64,000 nucleotides of DNA, taken from assembly GCA_951406725.2 (NCBI GenBank), contig OX597837.1, forward strand, positions 5,518,001 to 5,582,000, given 5' to 3'. The notes beneath the pieces are model-generated. The model did not search any database. It worked only from the letters and a program-made list of their open reading frames with translations, and had not been told where the DNA came from. Made by a program: the position numbers and the translations under genes. This document shows, one piece after another, positions 1-15,871 of this stretch; position 1 is the stretch's first letter; each line of letters begins with the position of its first letter. This DNA comes from Octopus vulgaris. Lineage: Eukaryota.

Positions 1-1396
1 AGAGAGACCCGAAATTGCACCTCACCATTTCAAATAATAAAACGACACTTCAGATCACACATAAACCATAAATTTCATTCACATTTGAACAAAAAAGTAC
101 GTTTTATATTCCTCTAATTTTCTATAAATGAGATTCACTTTGTGATCGGCCATCGGAATTTCAATCGACAACTTTTCTAAATCATTCTATCCCAAAATAG
201 AACTTCACGGTTTTATTCCACCAATTTTACCCTTTGACATTTAATTGTAACATCTTTTTTCAAATATTTCTCTTTTTCCCCTACTTCTTTTAATTCATCT
301 ATCTTTATTATACGTAAACAAATTTAACACTATTTCCCAACAATAGTCCCAAGAGTTTTATTTCAAGAAATATACCTAATTGTAATTCCGTCTGTGTTCC
401 AGAAATAAATATTTAATAATCAACAGTTTTACCTTCGACTTTTCTAATTATTTGTGGTTTTTATTGTCACAATGGGAAAACCAGTTCTATTGTATATATA
501 TAGACATAAATAGACACCTTCACAGACACACACAAGCACTCAAACAAAAACTCGGACAAGGACATACACTCACATATATACATACGTAGGTATACACCGA
601 GATATAAAGATATAAAGAGAAAATCAGTGACAGATTATACATATATATGTGTGTGTATACGTGCATACGTATGTATATATATATACACATTTAATCTGCC
701 TCTCTCATTCTACTCTACATACATACATACATACATACATACATACATACATACATACATACATACATACATACATACATACATACGTGCACAGTTATGG
801 AAATTAGCTGTCCAGCGGATGTTAACATAAATCTGAAGATCAGTGAAAAAAAGGATACCTATACTGAACTATTGAGAGAAATCTGCAGTTACTCTATCCA
901 GATTACAAGTTCAGATTTTTACCAGTAATAATTGGGACCCTGGGATATTTAAAGCACTGCCTAAATACCAGTCTTGAGAAATTAGTCTTTTCAAAACCAG
1001 AAGGGAGAAAGTTAATTCGAAGTCTACATATCCAATCCATCACTTGAACTGTAAAAATCTGTAAAACTTTTCAGTTTATCATTTAAATATATATGGGCAT
1101 GTCTAGATATGTAACTAGATGCATGAGAATATATACATGAAACACACAAATCTGCATATATATACATACAAACAAACAAACATGCATACATACATAATTC
1201 CTACATACATACATGCATGCTTACATACATACATGCATGCATGCATACATAATACATACATGCATACATAATACATACATACATACAAACATACATACAA
1301 ACATACATACATGCATACATACATACATGCATACATACATACATGCATACATACATACATTCATTCATACATACGTACATGCATGCATACATACAA

Positions 1397-1429
<33 letters not shown>

Positions 1430-2451
1430 CGAATTACCGCTAAGCATTTCGCCCGGCGTGCTAACCTTTCTGTCGCCTTGACGTAAATATATATTAAAAT
1501 AATTTATAGACATACACATACGCATACATATACATACTTATTCATATATACATATGTACATATATCTCAAATATAGAAATACATATATACACACTTATAT
1601 CAACGTCATTCCCAAAAGAAAACAATAGTGTTTTCTCACTGGTTTTCAACGTAAAACATTTTAAAGAAGTTCCCTTTTCTTTTCTGTTACCATAACGCCT
1701 ATGTTTCCCAAAGAACAACGAAAGACAACAGCCTAAAAAGATTTCCGAAGAACTATTTTTTTTTATGTTCTAGAACAGAATGAGACAACGCCACCTACCG
1801 CCAACAACATCACAACTATGATGGCGACGACAACCTCCACCACCATCCGCAACACATCACCACCATCACCATCAGCATCACTATCAGCCGTCGCCACTGC
1901 CGCTGCCGCTATAACGGTGGCCACCACCACAAACAATACAAAACAAAGGAACACCCACGCATTGTTCACGAGGAAGAAAGAAATGAATTATAACAATAAA
2001 CAGAAAATAGGATATTAATATGATGAATATGCATAAAGATATCGAAATATTACACGCCACCGCCTCTTTCGAATCAACCCACACCACCAAATAAAAAATA
2101 ATTAGACAAAAACATAACAACAACACAAAAAACATGGCGTATTAGAAATGATAGGAAAATAGTTACAAAGGAAGTATCGTAGATATAGATGAGAGAAAAC
2201 AATAAAAAACGTAAAGCAAATAACTTAAACCGCCATTTTGATAAAGTCAATTTAGACCTGGAATAGAATTGTAACATGGAAATTTGATTAATTATGATAT
2301 TATTAAAATGTCCAACTCTCCTTTTCTCTCCCTTACATCCATTTATTTTTTACCACTCTCTCTGTCTTTCATTAAATAATGTGTATGTGTGTGTTTGTGT
2401 GTTTGTATTTCTTCTATGTATACATCAATATATATACTATATGTTTTTTCG

Positions 2452-2526
<75 letters not shown>

Positions 2527-2727
2527 GTCTTCTACCTCTCTATCTATCTGTCTGTCTATCTACCTGTCTATCTATCTTTCTATACATGTACACGCACATA
2601 TATACATAGGCGTGTATTATCTTTGTAATATATATATGTGTGTGTGTGTATTTATAACGTATTATATATACTCATGCATTAACATTTATGTCTTCATGTG
2701 TGTATGTGTGTATAGATATTCATATAC

Positions 2728-2770
<43 letters not shown>

Positions 2771-3317
2771 TGTATACACATGTCTTTGTGTGGTTGTGTA
2801 TACATATATATGTACATATAATATACATACATATATATATAATATATATATATATATATACATATATAATATATATGTATACATGTACATAATATCTATA
2901 CATGCATATATACGTATATATATATGTGTATATATATATATATATATATACATATGCATACATACATACACACATGCATACATACATACATACATACATA
3001 CATACATACACATACAGAGGCCTCTATGCGATCAAACCGAAAATATAACAATAGAATATTAGAATATATATTTTTAAGCTTGATTAATGAGGGAAAGAAT
3101 GCAAATATAATTTAATGGCTTCCATATTCAAATAGTCTTTGTTTATTCTCGGCGCCAGATCAGTGTAGCGGGATTTACAATACATTTTTAACATTAGTAA
3201 TGAATGTGGAGTTTCACAATGGCTGGTCGATATCTATAAAATCTTCTTGTATTATTTTATATCGTTTTATTTCAAATGCTGTCATTCTATCTGGTTGTCT
3301 ATGTGTCTCTGTGCTGG

Positions 3318-3415
<98 letters not shown>

Positions 3416-3668
3416 AGCCTTTCTGTCTGTATATGTATCTACCTATATGTACGTATTCATTTACATATGAACACGCGTGCATATATATATATATGAGTGA
3501 ATAGGTGATTATGCATTTAAATATTTACACGTATACGCTCGCACACACATGTTTAACCATGCATTATATATATATATATGTATGTATGTATATATACAAA
3601 TATATATTTGTTTACACATATATATATGTATATATAACTAACATACACTATACGTAAGTTCACATATA

Positions 3669-3740
<72 letters not shown>

Positions 3741-4584
3741 AGTTATGTTCATAAGCTGGTCTCTCTATCTTACTATATATGTATATCTGTCTATCTATCT
3801 ATCTATATATCTATCTATCTGTCTATCTATAAATCTATCTATCTATCTATCTATTTATCTCTCTCTCTCTCTCTCTGAATATATGTATATATTTAATATA
3901 TTTATGCACACACACACTCACAATTCTGTCCGTGTGTAAGACTGTTGGTTAAACAAATCCGTTGCAACGCTGTCTAAATTGCTTTGTGACATATCTCCCG
4001 GTTCAGTGCACTCTGTGTGCAAATCTGAAACGAGATCAAATTTGCACTTCGTTCCTCTATAATACATCAATGAAGTTCCAGCACAATGCCTGTAAAGCCC
4101 ACTCTCCCTCAACTCGTTATATGATAGAAGTTACTCAATCTCAACGGTTGGATGAACGAGATGCATATGTTTACAGGAGGCTAAGCGGGTTGATCGTACA
4201 GTTACATGCTATTATTTATAGGTTTATGCACTGGGAGATCCTTCTCCACAATAAATTTATTTCGCTTTCTCTCGAAACATTATAGATTTCCATGTCGCCA
4301 GCAAGAAACATCTGTTTCAGGCAGGAATAAAATTTTTCTAATGTAGCGAATTTTGAAGGAATAATTTGCTCCTACTGTAGAACGCCTCTCATGCTTTCGG
4401 GAGGTATGGGTTCGAATTCCGTGGGCAGTCTTCGACTGTATCTGTCCAAGAGGGTTCCTGAACGCAATATATACCTGTTCTTATTCACAGCTTCATGTGG
4501 TTTGAGATCCAGTGTTTCAAATATATGTATGTTTGTATTTCTGTAGGGATATATGTCTAAACGTATATGTGTGTGTGTATGTAA

Positions 4585-4648
<64 letters not shown>

Positions 4649-4750
4649 TTACATATCTGTCTGTACGTTTACATATATACGAACATACACACACACACAT
4701 ATATATATATACCTATATATATATATATATATAATTATATACACACACAC

Positions 4751-4844
<94 letters not shown>

Positions 4845-4846
<2 letters not shown>

Positions 4847-4985
4847 CAAACTTATAGAAAACAAAACAATGAAGAGAGAGGTAGGAATAACAAGCAAGTG
4901 TATTAGTTTGACGCTCTGGAAAGTGTTTTACGTTTCGAGCTTTCGCCCTTCGACAGAAAGGAATAAGAAGAAATAGAGAGAGAAT
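4845..4985 (-). mobile_element. (TA)n-embedded short repeat with hammerhead-like motif (U6 core variant)
   Basis: The minus strand at 4928-4956 reads ttt-CTGTCGA-a-GGGC-gaaa-GCTC-GAAACGTA-aaa. The downstream gagcgtcaaactaatacac motif is shared with the other copies. Confidence 0.65.
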
Positions 4986-4986
4986 G

Positions 4987-5043
<57 letters not shown>

Positions 5044-5717
5044 TCTGTGTCTTCGTGTCTGTACTTGTTTCTCCACATCCCGTGACAATTGGTTTCGGTG
5101 TTTGTTCAGTTACGATCTCGTAGCATAGTGGATCAGCAAAAGTAGCCGATAAAATAAATACAAAACTAAAGCGGACGATTTGTTCGACTAAAACCATTCC
5201 AGGTGTCGACCCAGAATGGCCGCATTCCAAAGATTAAAACAAGCAAAATATAAAAAAAAAGAAAGATATCGCTCTATACTATCGCTGTGGACACATATTC
5301 TACAATATACCCGGATTTTGTTTTCAAAGCAATGCGGTATAATTTAAGAGAGATTTGACTCCTATTTTTACGAGGTTGAGTTACTGTGTAGATACATTCT
5401 CGTTGGTTCCTTTATTAAACAATTTCACAATTTTAAATCATTTGTATGAACCCTCAACTAGCAAATTAAATGCTTTCTTTCACTAATAATTTATGAGGAC
5501 CGGTAATTAGTCTTAATTAGAACGGTGTGGTTTTAATTAATTGTAGTAGTTAGCGCTTATTGAATGCTTGTCAATAATAAGCGATGATAAACCTTAATTA
5601 CTCGCTTGCAAATGAAGTTCAGCTGTTAATAGCAGATTGCAAGTTTCAGACGCGAACTAGTGATGATTTGCGCAGCTAATAATTAATCGTGAGAGGAGCC
5701 TTAGTCACGTGATTAAG

Positions 5718-5869
5718 ACGTTTGATTTGAAAGTGAAAGTAGATGGTATCAGGTTCCATCTTGTCATATCCCCTAATGTACCAAAGTATTTGAAGAAAAT
5801 TTTAGGACGGTAACTGTTTAGAAAATCATTGAAAATGTATGACGAACTGAAGGAAAACTATATATGAAT

Positions 5870-5904
<35 letters not shown>

Positions 5905-5922
5905 AAAATATATGTATATATA

Positions 5923-6007
<85 letters not shown>

Positions 6008-6157
6008 TCATATATAGTTTTCCTTCAGTTCGTCATACATTTTCAATGATTTTCCAAACAGTTACCGTCCTAAAATTTTCTTCAAATACTTTGGTACATT
6101 AGGGGATATGACAAGATGGAACCTGATACCATCTACTTTCACTTTCAAATCAAACGT
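5718..6157. repeat. Long inverted repeat with a microsatellite spacer
   Basis: Unique arms of about 150 bp (one mismatch seen) continue into (CA)n/(TG)n around a (TA)n-rich centre. Confidence 0.95.
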
Positions 6158-6429
6158 GTGTGTGTGTGTGTGTGGAGGCAGATGGCCTAGTGGTTAGAGC
6201 AGCAGACTCGCGGTAGTGGGATCGCGGGTTCGAAACCACACCTAAGGAAATACAAATAGTGAGTGATGTTCCACACAGTCTTCGAGCCACTGGTATTCAT
6301 AGTGGCACTCTCTCACATGCCCTCTGCTGCTCATGTAACCAGCCTTGCTAGCTATCCAAATGACATACAAGTCTCTCAGAGATATATTGCGTATGTTCAA
6401 TAAAAATTGGACGCAGTATAGAGGTGGGC

Positions 6430-6880
6430 CGAGGACAATAACATATAGTTTAATGCTGCAAATTTTCCAACTCGGCACTACCAGCTCATAAATTTAAATG
6501 AAATTCAGACACGATACATTGGAGCAGGAGGAGTCGCAATCCCTGAATCAAAAATCACTACTAGACCCGGGCATTGACATGAGCAATGAGGCATCTTTTC
6601 AGGAGCATGTTATTATGTTGGCAATAAAATGCAGATGGCTGGTCGTATTGATCCTTCGAAATTTCAGAACGATAGAACAGGTAACCATGATGGTCCTCTG
6701 GAGGACATGTCCAGAGCCGCACAGGTCATTGCTCACAAGACTCTAGTACCTAGAATGTGGCGGGAAATATATGCAGTGATATTCATGTGGAAAATCCTGG
6801 AAGGACTTTACCAGAGTTTGTCTTTGGAAGTTATGGAAACAGCTGAACGAGGCGCCACTGCATAGATCTCAACATCGCCA
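6430..6880 (+). mobile_element. Degenerate CR1/L2-like LINE ORF2 C-terminal fragment
   Basis: DPGIDMSNEASFQEHV...ILRNFRT...MMVLWRT and REIYAVIFMWKILEGL resemble the DLG/RERY..IYIWKILEGL motifs. Confidence 0.7.
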
Positions 6881-7289
6881 TCAATATCCAGTAAACACAC
6901 CACCATCGGTTGTCAAGAGATGCTGGGGTGGAGACAAACACAGACACACAAACACACACACACGCACACACATCCGCCTACCACATCCACTCAAAAGGAT
7001 TTGGTCGGCCCGAGGCTATAGTAGAAGACAGCTGCTCAAGGTGCCACGCAGTGGGACTGAACCTGGAAACAGCAAGTTACCACACAGCCACTCCTAACTC
7101 ATCTGCGTAATCCCGAGCGTTCAGAAACAGCCGTCGGACCTCCTGTAACACCATCCCTTCTCTTTATTTTCCTGTGTCTTTTGTAGTTTGTGTAAGTTTG
7201 CTCTGTTGATATACAAATATCTATATGCTTATTCGAGAATCTTCATCAGCTGAAAAATTGCTGATTTCTTTCTATTTACATTTATACAC

Positions 7290-7615
<326 letters not shown>

Positions 7616-9440
7616 ATATATATATATATATTACGTATATCTAACCCAAGCAGTCTTATATGTTTATTTGTATCACACTATCTGTCTGTCTGTTTGTCTG
7701 TCACTCTGTGTGTGTAGGTGTCTCTCGCTCTCTCCACGCACCGTCATAAATATATATTTACGTATGTCTATCGACCTACCTCTCTACCTATCTATCTATT
7801 TATCTAACTTCTCTGTCTATCTATAACACCCACACACACAGAGACACACACACGTAATCCTCAAGGTATAAATATACAAATACAAAAACACAAGGATGCG
7901 CACAGTAATTGTATGTTACCACAGTTTCGCTCCCCCTTACATATTTATACACCAGAGTAACAGCAGCACCAAGAACTTCTCTTGCTTTCAGCTCAATATC
8001 AATATCACTCACCTACTTCTTTCTTTCAACACAGATTATATTGTACATTGCGAATGTAGAGTTTTATCTGCTTTTAGATTTCTTTAACTGGAAATAGAAT
8101 TTGGCGTTTGCACTTTGCTTTTACGTCTTCTTTTAGCAGATCTTATATACAGTTACTTTGGTCGATATGAAAATAAATATAATGTACATCAAAGTTTTAA
8201 AAAATAATTGTATTCTTTCGTTATTCATATCATATATGTATTATATTATATTACGTATTATATATTGTTTGCTTTCTTTTCAGTGTATTATTTTGAAACA
8301 TCACAGAATTGGAGATTCTTATATATTCCTATATTTGTACGAAGAATAACTGCCGCAGTGTATATCAGCTTATACAGTTTTAGTTGTATTCAGAGCTATT
8401 AATATAAATATCTCTTAAAATACACAAGCGATACATCTTTAAGTAGAAATACATTAGAATTCCCCTTAAAGTAGGTGTGGGGACGATATAACTTAATATA
8501 ATATAATAGATATAGTAACAATTACAGAAAAATAACATTCTTGGGGTATATCTTTATTAATAAACAACTTATTTTACCGGGACACGATTGTGTTTCTGAA
8601 AACTGTTTGCTTTCAGAGAGATTCTACCATAAATGTTATCAACCAGGAATAAATAAGACAAATTTGTGCTTCCCCAGCAATCACGAGGGAAATGTGGTAT
8701 GCTGTCAGGTGTCATAATTAGATTGAAATTTCATGAAATGTGAATTAAAACACCATTTGTTGTAAGACATTTTGGGTGAATTCAAATTTCTCATACTTAT
8801 TTCTGGCTGAGAACGGCTCGGGTTGCGTCTTTATAATTCCAACCAGTTTCAGAAATTGGGGATCGTTTATTGACATGAGAAACAAAGGCTGTGATGAATT
8901 TGTCTCATCATGTACAACAGAGAACTCCTTTTCTTAAGTCTAGTTCTTCTGACGATCTTTTTTACCGAACGGCGGCATTTCGTGGAAGTAAAGAAACTAA
9001 GAACTGTAAAGCGGTGGAGATCAAATCACAGAGAGATACAGACACAGGCGCGCGCGCGAACACACATACACGGAGTCCCTGACGCAGACACACAGACACA
9101 CAGAAACACACACACATGATCACACGCGCACACACACATGATCACACGCGCACACACACTCACATACATACATACATACAAAATAGGGGCGTCTCCAGAG
9201 TATACGAATCATAAATTTACTCACAAGGTTGTAATCGGCCCAGAGCAATTACAGAAGTCATTTAAGTGCTTCTTAGTAGGATTGAAAGTGAAACCATGTT
9301 TTTGCAAACACAACTTACCAACAACACATACTCTCTCTCTTTCTCTCTGCATATGAATATAAATAAATAAATAAGTAAATATATATATATGTATAAATAT
9401 ATATGTATATATACACATATATATACTTATGTATACATAC

Positions 9441-9505
<65 letters not shown>

Positions 9506-10753
9506 TATATAATATATATATATATATATGTATGTACAAACACATACAACATACGTACATATTTTATAGGCATAAACATTATGTCAAAAATGACGGTCTA
9601 CTCAAGATTAGCCCGACAATTGGCTTATCACGATCGAATGCATATACATGCATACATACATAAACACACACACACATATGTATATTTATATGTATACATA
9701 TTAGTTGTGTGTGTATGTGTGCGTATGTATGTAGATGTGCACACAGATAAAATTTTGTATATATTTGTAAGGAATGTTTTGAATTTAATAAAGTATTTGT
9801 AAGTTTAAAAATACCAATATTCTATTTAATACACTGTAATATATTGAAGTGTGTTATTTTCTTAAGGAATAATCATAATATTAAGTAACTAAATCATTGT
9901 ATTCACTAACTGCATACTTACATTCATATATACATACATGATGTGCCTTAGAATCTACCTATACACAGACGACACATATATGTATGTACGTACGTGTGTA
10001 TGTATGTATGAAGAACAATTTTTTGTATAAAACTTTATGCAATTCTGTTGGATTAATATTAATTTTATGTTTATTTCATATTATTTTTAAAATGAGAATA
10101 TTTCCATAAACTAAAAATATAGAATTAAATAGTCTAGTCTGAAAATATAAATATCTTCATACAAAATTATTTTACCGTATGTCTAACATAAACAAAATGA
10201 AGTCTTCTCTGATAGAGGCAATAAATTTTCATTCAAGTATTATACTATTTAAACGTCTTTTTCTGTGTATTATTGCTCGAGTCGTTGTGATGCGTCCATG
10301 TTGGAGAAATGGATTGAAGGGTTAAAGGATCGTTTCGTTACCAGTGCCTTGTTTTTCTATAATCCCCGTATTAATTAAATGAGTGTATGAGTGAAACTCC
10401 TAAGTTACAGAACATAAGTGACAACACATGGCTTTCAGTTGTGTGAGGTGTAACTGCTAACACATACAGCGAGTTGGACGCAACAAACATTAAGATGTGA
10501 TGTTGATATGGTGCTGATGAAAGAGCAAAAAATCTCGAAATATGTATATACACTCGTTACTGACTTTTTCTATTTTCGATTGCATTATATATATATATAT
10601 AAACATATTCGTTTAGTATATGTCATAACTTGCAGTGCTAGCTCGGAAATCTATAGAAAATCTATACAGATAAACATAAAAGTGAAAAGAAACATATCTA
10701 GTTATACACACTCGCAAACGAACACATATATAAATATAAATATTCTCTCTCTC

Positions 10754-10837
<84 letters not shown>

Positions 10838-10842
10838 GTGTG

Positions 10843-10876
<34 letters not shown>

Positions 10877-11180
10877 AGTCTTTGGAACTTTATTTTGTCT
10901 ATATCGAGTGGATGAACGAAAGGAGACCTCGGAGTAATTTGAACACAAGATGTAAACAAAAAAAAAAAAAAAAAATAGATAGAATTCCGCAAAATATTTT
11001 GGCCGCTGTCTTAACGATTCTTCCATCTCGCCAGACCAAATTTTGGCTCAAGACCAGCAGTTTTGGTGGGTAAGATGACAGGAAAAGCCAAACCCGAATT
11101 TGAACTTAGAACGTAAATACAGACGAAATATCACTGGGCAATTTTTCCTGCATGCTAACGGTTCTGTCAGCTCGCCACCT

Positions 11181-11245
<65 letters not shown>

Positions 11246-11270
11246 ATGATAATAATAATAATAATAATAA

Positions 11271-11735
11271 AAAAGATGGGCTACAGCAAATATTCTGCTC
11301 AATACCACAGATTTGCTTGTCAGTTGTTTGACCTTAACCAGTTGAGCATGTCCCTTAGTGGCTGACGATATGTGCATCTCTGATCACGAGCAGAAGTAGT
11401 GGGGGAGCATCATAGCCATGTGTTGAGAGGGATTCTTTGGGGTTTGAATAGTTCACCTCTGGAAACATGGGTGGTTCTTTCAACATCCTTAAGCAACCCT
11501 AATTCAGGGACCGTTTGAGTGGGATGGGCTACTCAACCTGAAGAAAATTCCAACTGGGCCCCACCTGCAAGGTCATGTGCTGTTTATCTTGATATGAGAT
11601 CACCATGTCGCGTACATATGGTTGTGATGCATGTGCCTGGTGTACCTTTATCAGACGGGTAGTCATGATGGGTATATTGGGCTTCGTATATTTTACCCCA
11701 GTGTCACTTTGATGGCATGCACTGCTCTCTCACTC
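11271..11735 (+). mobile_element. Same (AAT)n-associated repeat, copy about 90 bp shorter at the 5' end
   Basis: It matches about 29513-29977 and is flanked by (AAT)n. Confidence 0.8.
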
Positions 11736-11774
<39 letters not shown>

Positions 11775-11988
11775 CCTTTCTACTATAGGCACAAGGCCTG
11801 AAATTTGAGGAAGGAGAATAGTCGATTGCATCGACCCTAGTTCGTAATTGGTACTTAATTCAACCACCCCAAAAGGAAAAAAGACAAAGTTCACCTTGGC
11901 GGAATTTGAACTCAGAATGGAAATACTAACGAAATACCGTCAGGCATTTCGCCCGGCGTGCTTAACGATCTTGCCAGTTCACCACCTT
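11775..11988 (-). mobile_element. SINE family A
   Basis: It contains ggcggaatttgaactcagaa and catttcgcccggcgtgc. Further partial copies lie at about 1435-1480, 11040-11180, 14632-14780, 48980-49116 and 58028-58078. Confidence 0.8.
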
Positions 11989-12050
11989 ATGATGATGAGG
12001 ATGATGATGATGATGACGTCGACGACGACAACAACAACAACAACAACAAC

Positions 12051-12115
<65 letters not shown>

Positions 12116-12292
12116 TAATAATGATCATACAACTAGCATCAAGTTTTATTTCGCAAGAAAGTTTCTGTTCGCTACAACATCCATCTTGCAAAATAAAATC
12201 GTAACAAAACTCGTTGGTTGTTTCCACGGAAAACAATTCAATCAGACAATAAACATGCATACATATATATGCATATATATATAGATACACAC

Positions 12293-12428
<136 letters not shown>

Positions 12429-12435
12429 TATATAC

Positions 12436-12506
<71 letters not shown>

Positions 12507-13134
12507 CATATATATACACTCCCGGGTGTGTGTATGTATATGTATGTATATTTTCTCAGCTAAACATTGCAAATATAATTAGCTATTTTTGTCAGTATTA
12601 GTTGTCAGAATAAAGGGAAACGATTGCTCCCAGTTGTTAATTCTTGTGAATAAATCAATAAGTTTTTAACAATATTGTTTCTTGCCCCCTCACCCCCCTC
12701 TCTCCCACTTTCTCTGTCTCTCTTTTTCTTTATCTTTCTCCCCTTTTCTTACACACCTACACACTCATACTCCTTCACCAGCTCTCTTTTTATTTTTTGA
12801 AATTTATACAATTTTTGACTTTCCTTGCATCACTTTCACCACCATCGCCAACAACACCTCACTGGCACCACCTCATTCTTACCTGCTTCCTACCACATGT
12901 CTCATTATAAAACCATTCCACGTTGAGTTTATATTGCTTATGGAAATTACAGCTTACTCTTCAGCCCAAAAGATATTTACAGTTGTTCTCAGGTGGTATG
13001 ACATTATCGTGGTGTAAACAGCACGGTGTTGGTGATATATTAGCGCAAATTAAATTTTCTTCTCGACTCGTCTATAAATTATCCCCGAAGGTAGAATATA
13101 TGTATGTGTACAGATATATATGCACATAACTAGC

Positions 13135-13206
<72 letters not shown>

Positions 13207-14185
13207 GTATATGTATATATATGTATATATATATATGTATATATATATATACATATGCACATATATATATATATATATATATGTATGTATATATATATTA
13301 TATGTATATCTATATGTATCTATCTATATTTCTATCTATCTACTTCTCTATAAAACTATGTATATATATTTATATATATCTACCAATGTATATATATATG
13401 TGTGTGTGTATGTGTGTGTGTGCATCCGTGTTTGTGTGCGTGTGTGCATGTGTGTATAGACATGTTTGCATGTGTATATGCGCATGCATACATATATAAA
13501 TTTTATCTATCTCGTTAGCTAGCTAGATACATGCACGCACACACACTCACACACACTCACACACATCACACACACATACACGCGCGCTCGCATCCACACA
13601 CATACACTCACACATGCCGACACCTGGCACACATACACACACACCCACACACACACACACACATATGACATATAATGATATCACAAACATCATACGGACA
13701 CCACCGCCACTACTACAATAATAACAGCAACAACGATAACAACACCTACAACTACTACTACACCCACAACAACAACACCTACTACTACCACTACTACTAC
13801 TGCTGTTGCTGTTTCAATGTCTTAAGCCATTTCGCTAAGGTAAATTAATAACACATTTACGTAAATATGTTAGCGTCTGTCTGACTTCATGTGAATTCTC
13901 AAGTCGGCTCTATTAAGTCTTACACCTCGAGAAATACACGGCCAATGGAACGAACTAAAGGATAGACTCTCAATGTGGTTGATTGAAATGCTAGAAATAA
14001 CAAACGAAACTTCACCAAATCATATCTCATCGTTTAAAATATGAGAATTATATCTCTTCGGGTACAACTTGGATTATTTCGGAACCTTTGTTTCCAGAAC
14101 CGTTCCGGATTACTGATTATTTTTTCCGAACCAGGTACTTGTGGTACTTTGGCTAAGTGTACTCTATTATAACCCTGGGCTGGAC

Positions 14186-14327
14186 AAATGGGAAGAAATG
14201 ATTTTGAATCAGATATAGATATATTATAAAACTGGATACAATGCATACGAACGTTTCGAAACGTACGTCTGCATCGAATCCAGTTTTATAATAAATCTAT
14301 TTCTGTTTCAACATCTTTTCTCCATTT
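14186..14327. repeat. Old imperfect palindrome with no loop
   Basis: It is centred on acgtttc|gaaacgt (14257/14258), with tattataaaactggat pairing to atccagttttataata. Confidence 0.8.
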
Positions 14328-14792
14328 CGAATATCGGATCGAAGAGCTACGATGTATCCTCATCGGCTATTAATGGCAACTGAGGCTATGAAATACCATT
14401 GAATAAAAGGGAAGTTACTCTAATAGGAAGAAAAGGAAAAACAGAAAAAGATAGAATATACACGCAACCATATTCTCACAATACATAGACATAAACCTCC
14501 TGCGTTCAGAACGTCTACATACGTGTATACTCACGCAAACATGTATACGTACATGCACACACGCAAATATATATGTGTATGTACGTACTCATACGTACAC
14601 ACATATCCACACTCATACACACACACACGCATATCGACCCCAGTAATCAATCGAAACTTATTTAATCGACCCTGAAAAGATGAAAGGCAACGACAACCTC
14701 GGCAGAATTTGAACGCAGAACGTAAGGAGGAATGAAATACCGCTAATCATTTCACCCGGCATGCTAACCATTCCGCCAGCAACAACAGCAGT

Positions 14793-15140
14793 GGAGGCGC
14801 AATGGCCCACTGGTTAGGGCAGCGGACTCGCGGTCGGAGGATCGCTGTTTCGATTCCCAGACCGGGCGCTGTGTGTGTTTATTGAGCGAAAACACCTAAA
14901 GCTCCACGATGCTCCGACAGGGGGTGGTGAAGACCCCTGTTGTACTCTTTCGCTCCAACTTTCTCTCACTCTTTCTTCCTGTTTCTTGATCCCCGACTTC
15001 CTACGCAACCGCTGAGCCTGGATGCGCATCCATCCATCCGTCGATGCTCTCGATGTCGGGGATTGACCTGCTTTCTCTTCTGCGGGTCTTACGAAAAGCA
15101 AAGGAACACGTTTCGGACTTCTCCCGAAGACCACTTCGCT
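14793..15140 (+). mobile_element. tRNA-derived SINE family B
   Basis: It has a tRNA-like head with A-box tggcccactggttagg and B-box-like gtttcgattccc, the body aaaacacctaaagctccacg, and a (CAACAG)n tail. Relatives lie at about 6174-6245, 19690-19980, 21817-21960, 42770-42915 (+) and 34315-34473 (-). Confidence 0.85.
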
Positions 15141-15822
15141 CAACAGCAACAGCAACAGCAAGAACAGCAATAATGACAATCTGTTCTAGATTTGGTCTGT
15201 TAGGAGTAAAGGTAAAATCTGCACAAAAATCACCCCATAACATCTTACCAGATAGACAACAGAATTGATAATATGATCTGCGATATATTGTCTTAAGATA
15301 AGATAGGATGGACATGACTGGAATGTCTTTAAAAGTAGCTGAATTGACTCTAAATATATAGAGCTTTTATCAAGAACATGGCTGCTTCTTATTTCTGAGT
15401 CAGTAGCGTATAAGCTGAGGTAATAATATTTAGCTGATGGGTGCACAAGGTTGAACAAAGGAGAAGGCAGACTCACTAGGTTTCTAGTCGCCATACATTG
15501 TATTCTAAATACTTTAATCTTTGACAAGAAACAATGTAAAACTTTCAGAACAAATGTAATCCTCCAAAATACAATAATACAATTTTGAAAACATAATTTT
15601 GCGAAAAAGAATTAAAAAATAAAAAACAGGGTTTTTTTCCCCTAACGTCTTTGAAATTTCAGTTGAGAACGAAAAGGAAAATAATGACAAAAATGTCGCT
15701 TTTTATTATAAATATTCTCTTTCTTACTCATTTTCTCTCTTTCTGTCCCTCTTTTCCTCAGAATATTGATGCAAACATACAAATATAATAAATACCTACA
15801 AAAATATATAGATATATAAATA

Positions 15823-15871
<49 letters not shown>

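Noticed and set aside
1763-2018. Thr/Ala/His-rich ORFs on both strands
   Set aside because: This is degenerate trinucleotide (CAC/CAA/GCC) low-complexity sequence with no domain or convincing splice context.
14793-14865. tRNA-like sequence (also about 6174, 19690, 21817, 34400-34473, 42770)
   Set aside because: These are SINE heads running into SINE bodies, without a complete acceptor stem or terminator.
15100-15135. CCGAAACGTG with a nearby hairpin on the minus strand, suggesting a hammerhead
   Set aside because: There is no CUGANGA-like core upstream, and it is part of a SINE tail.
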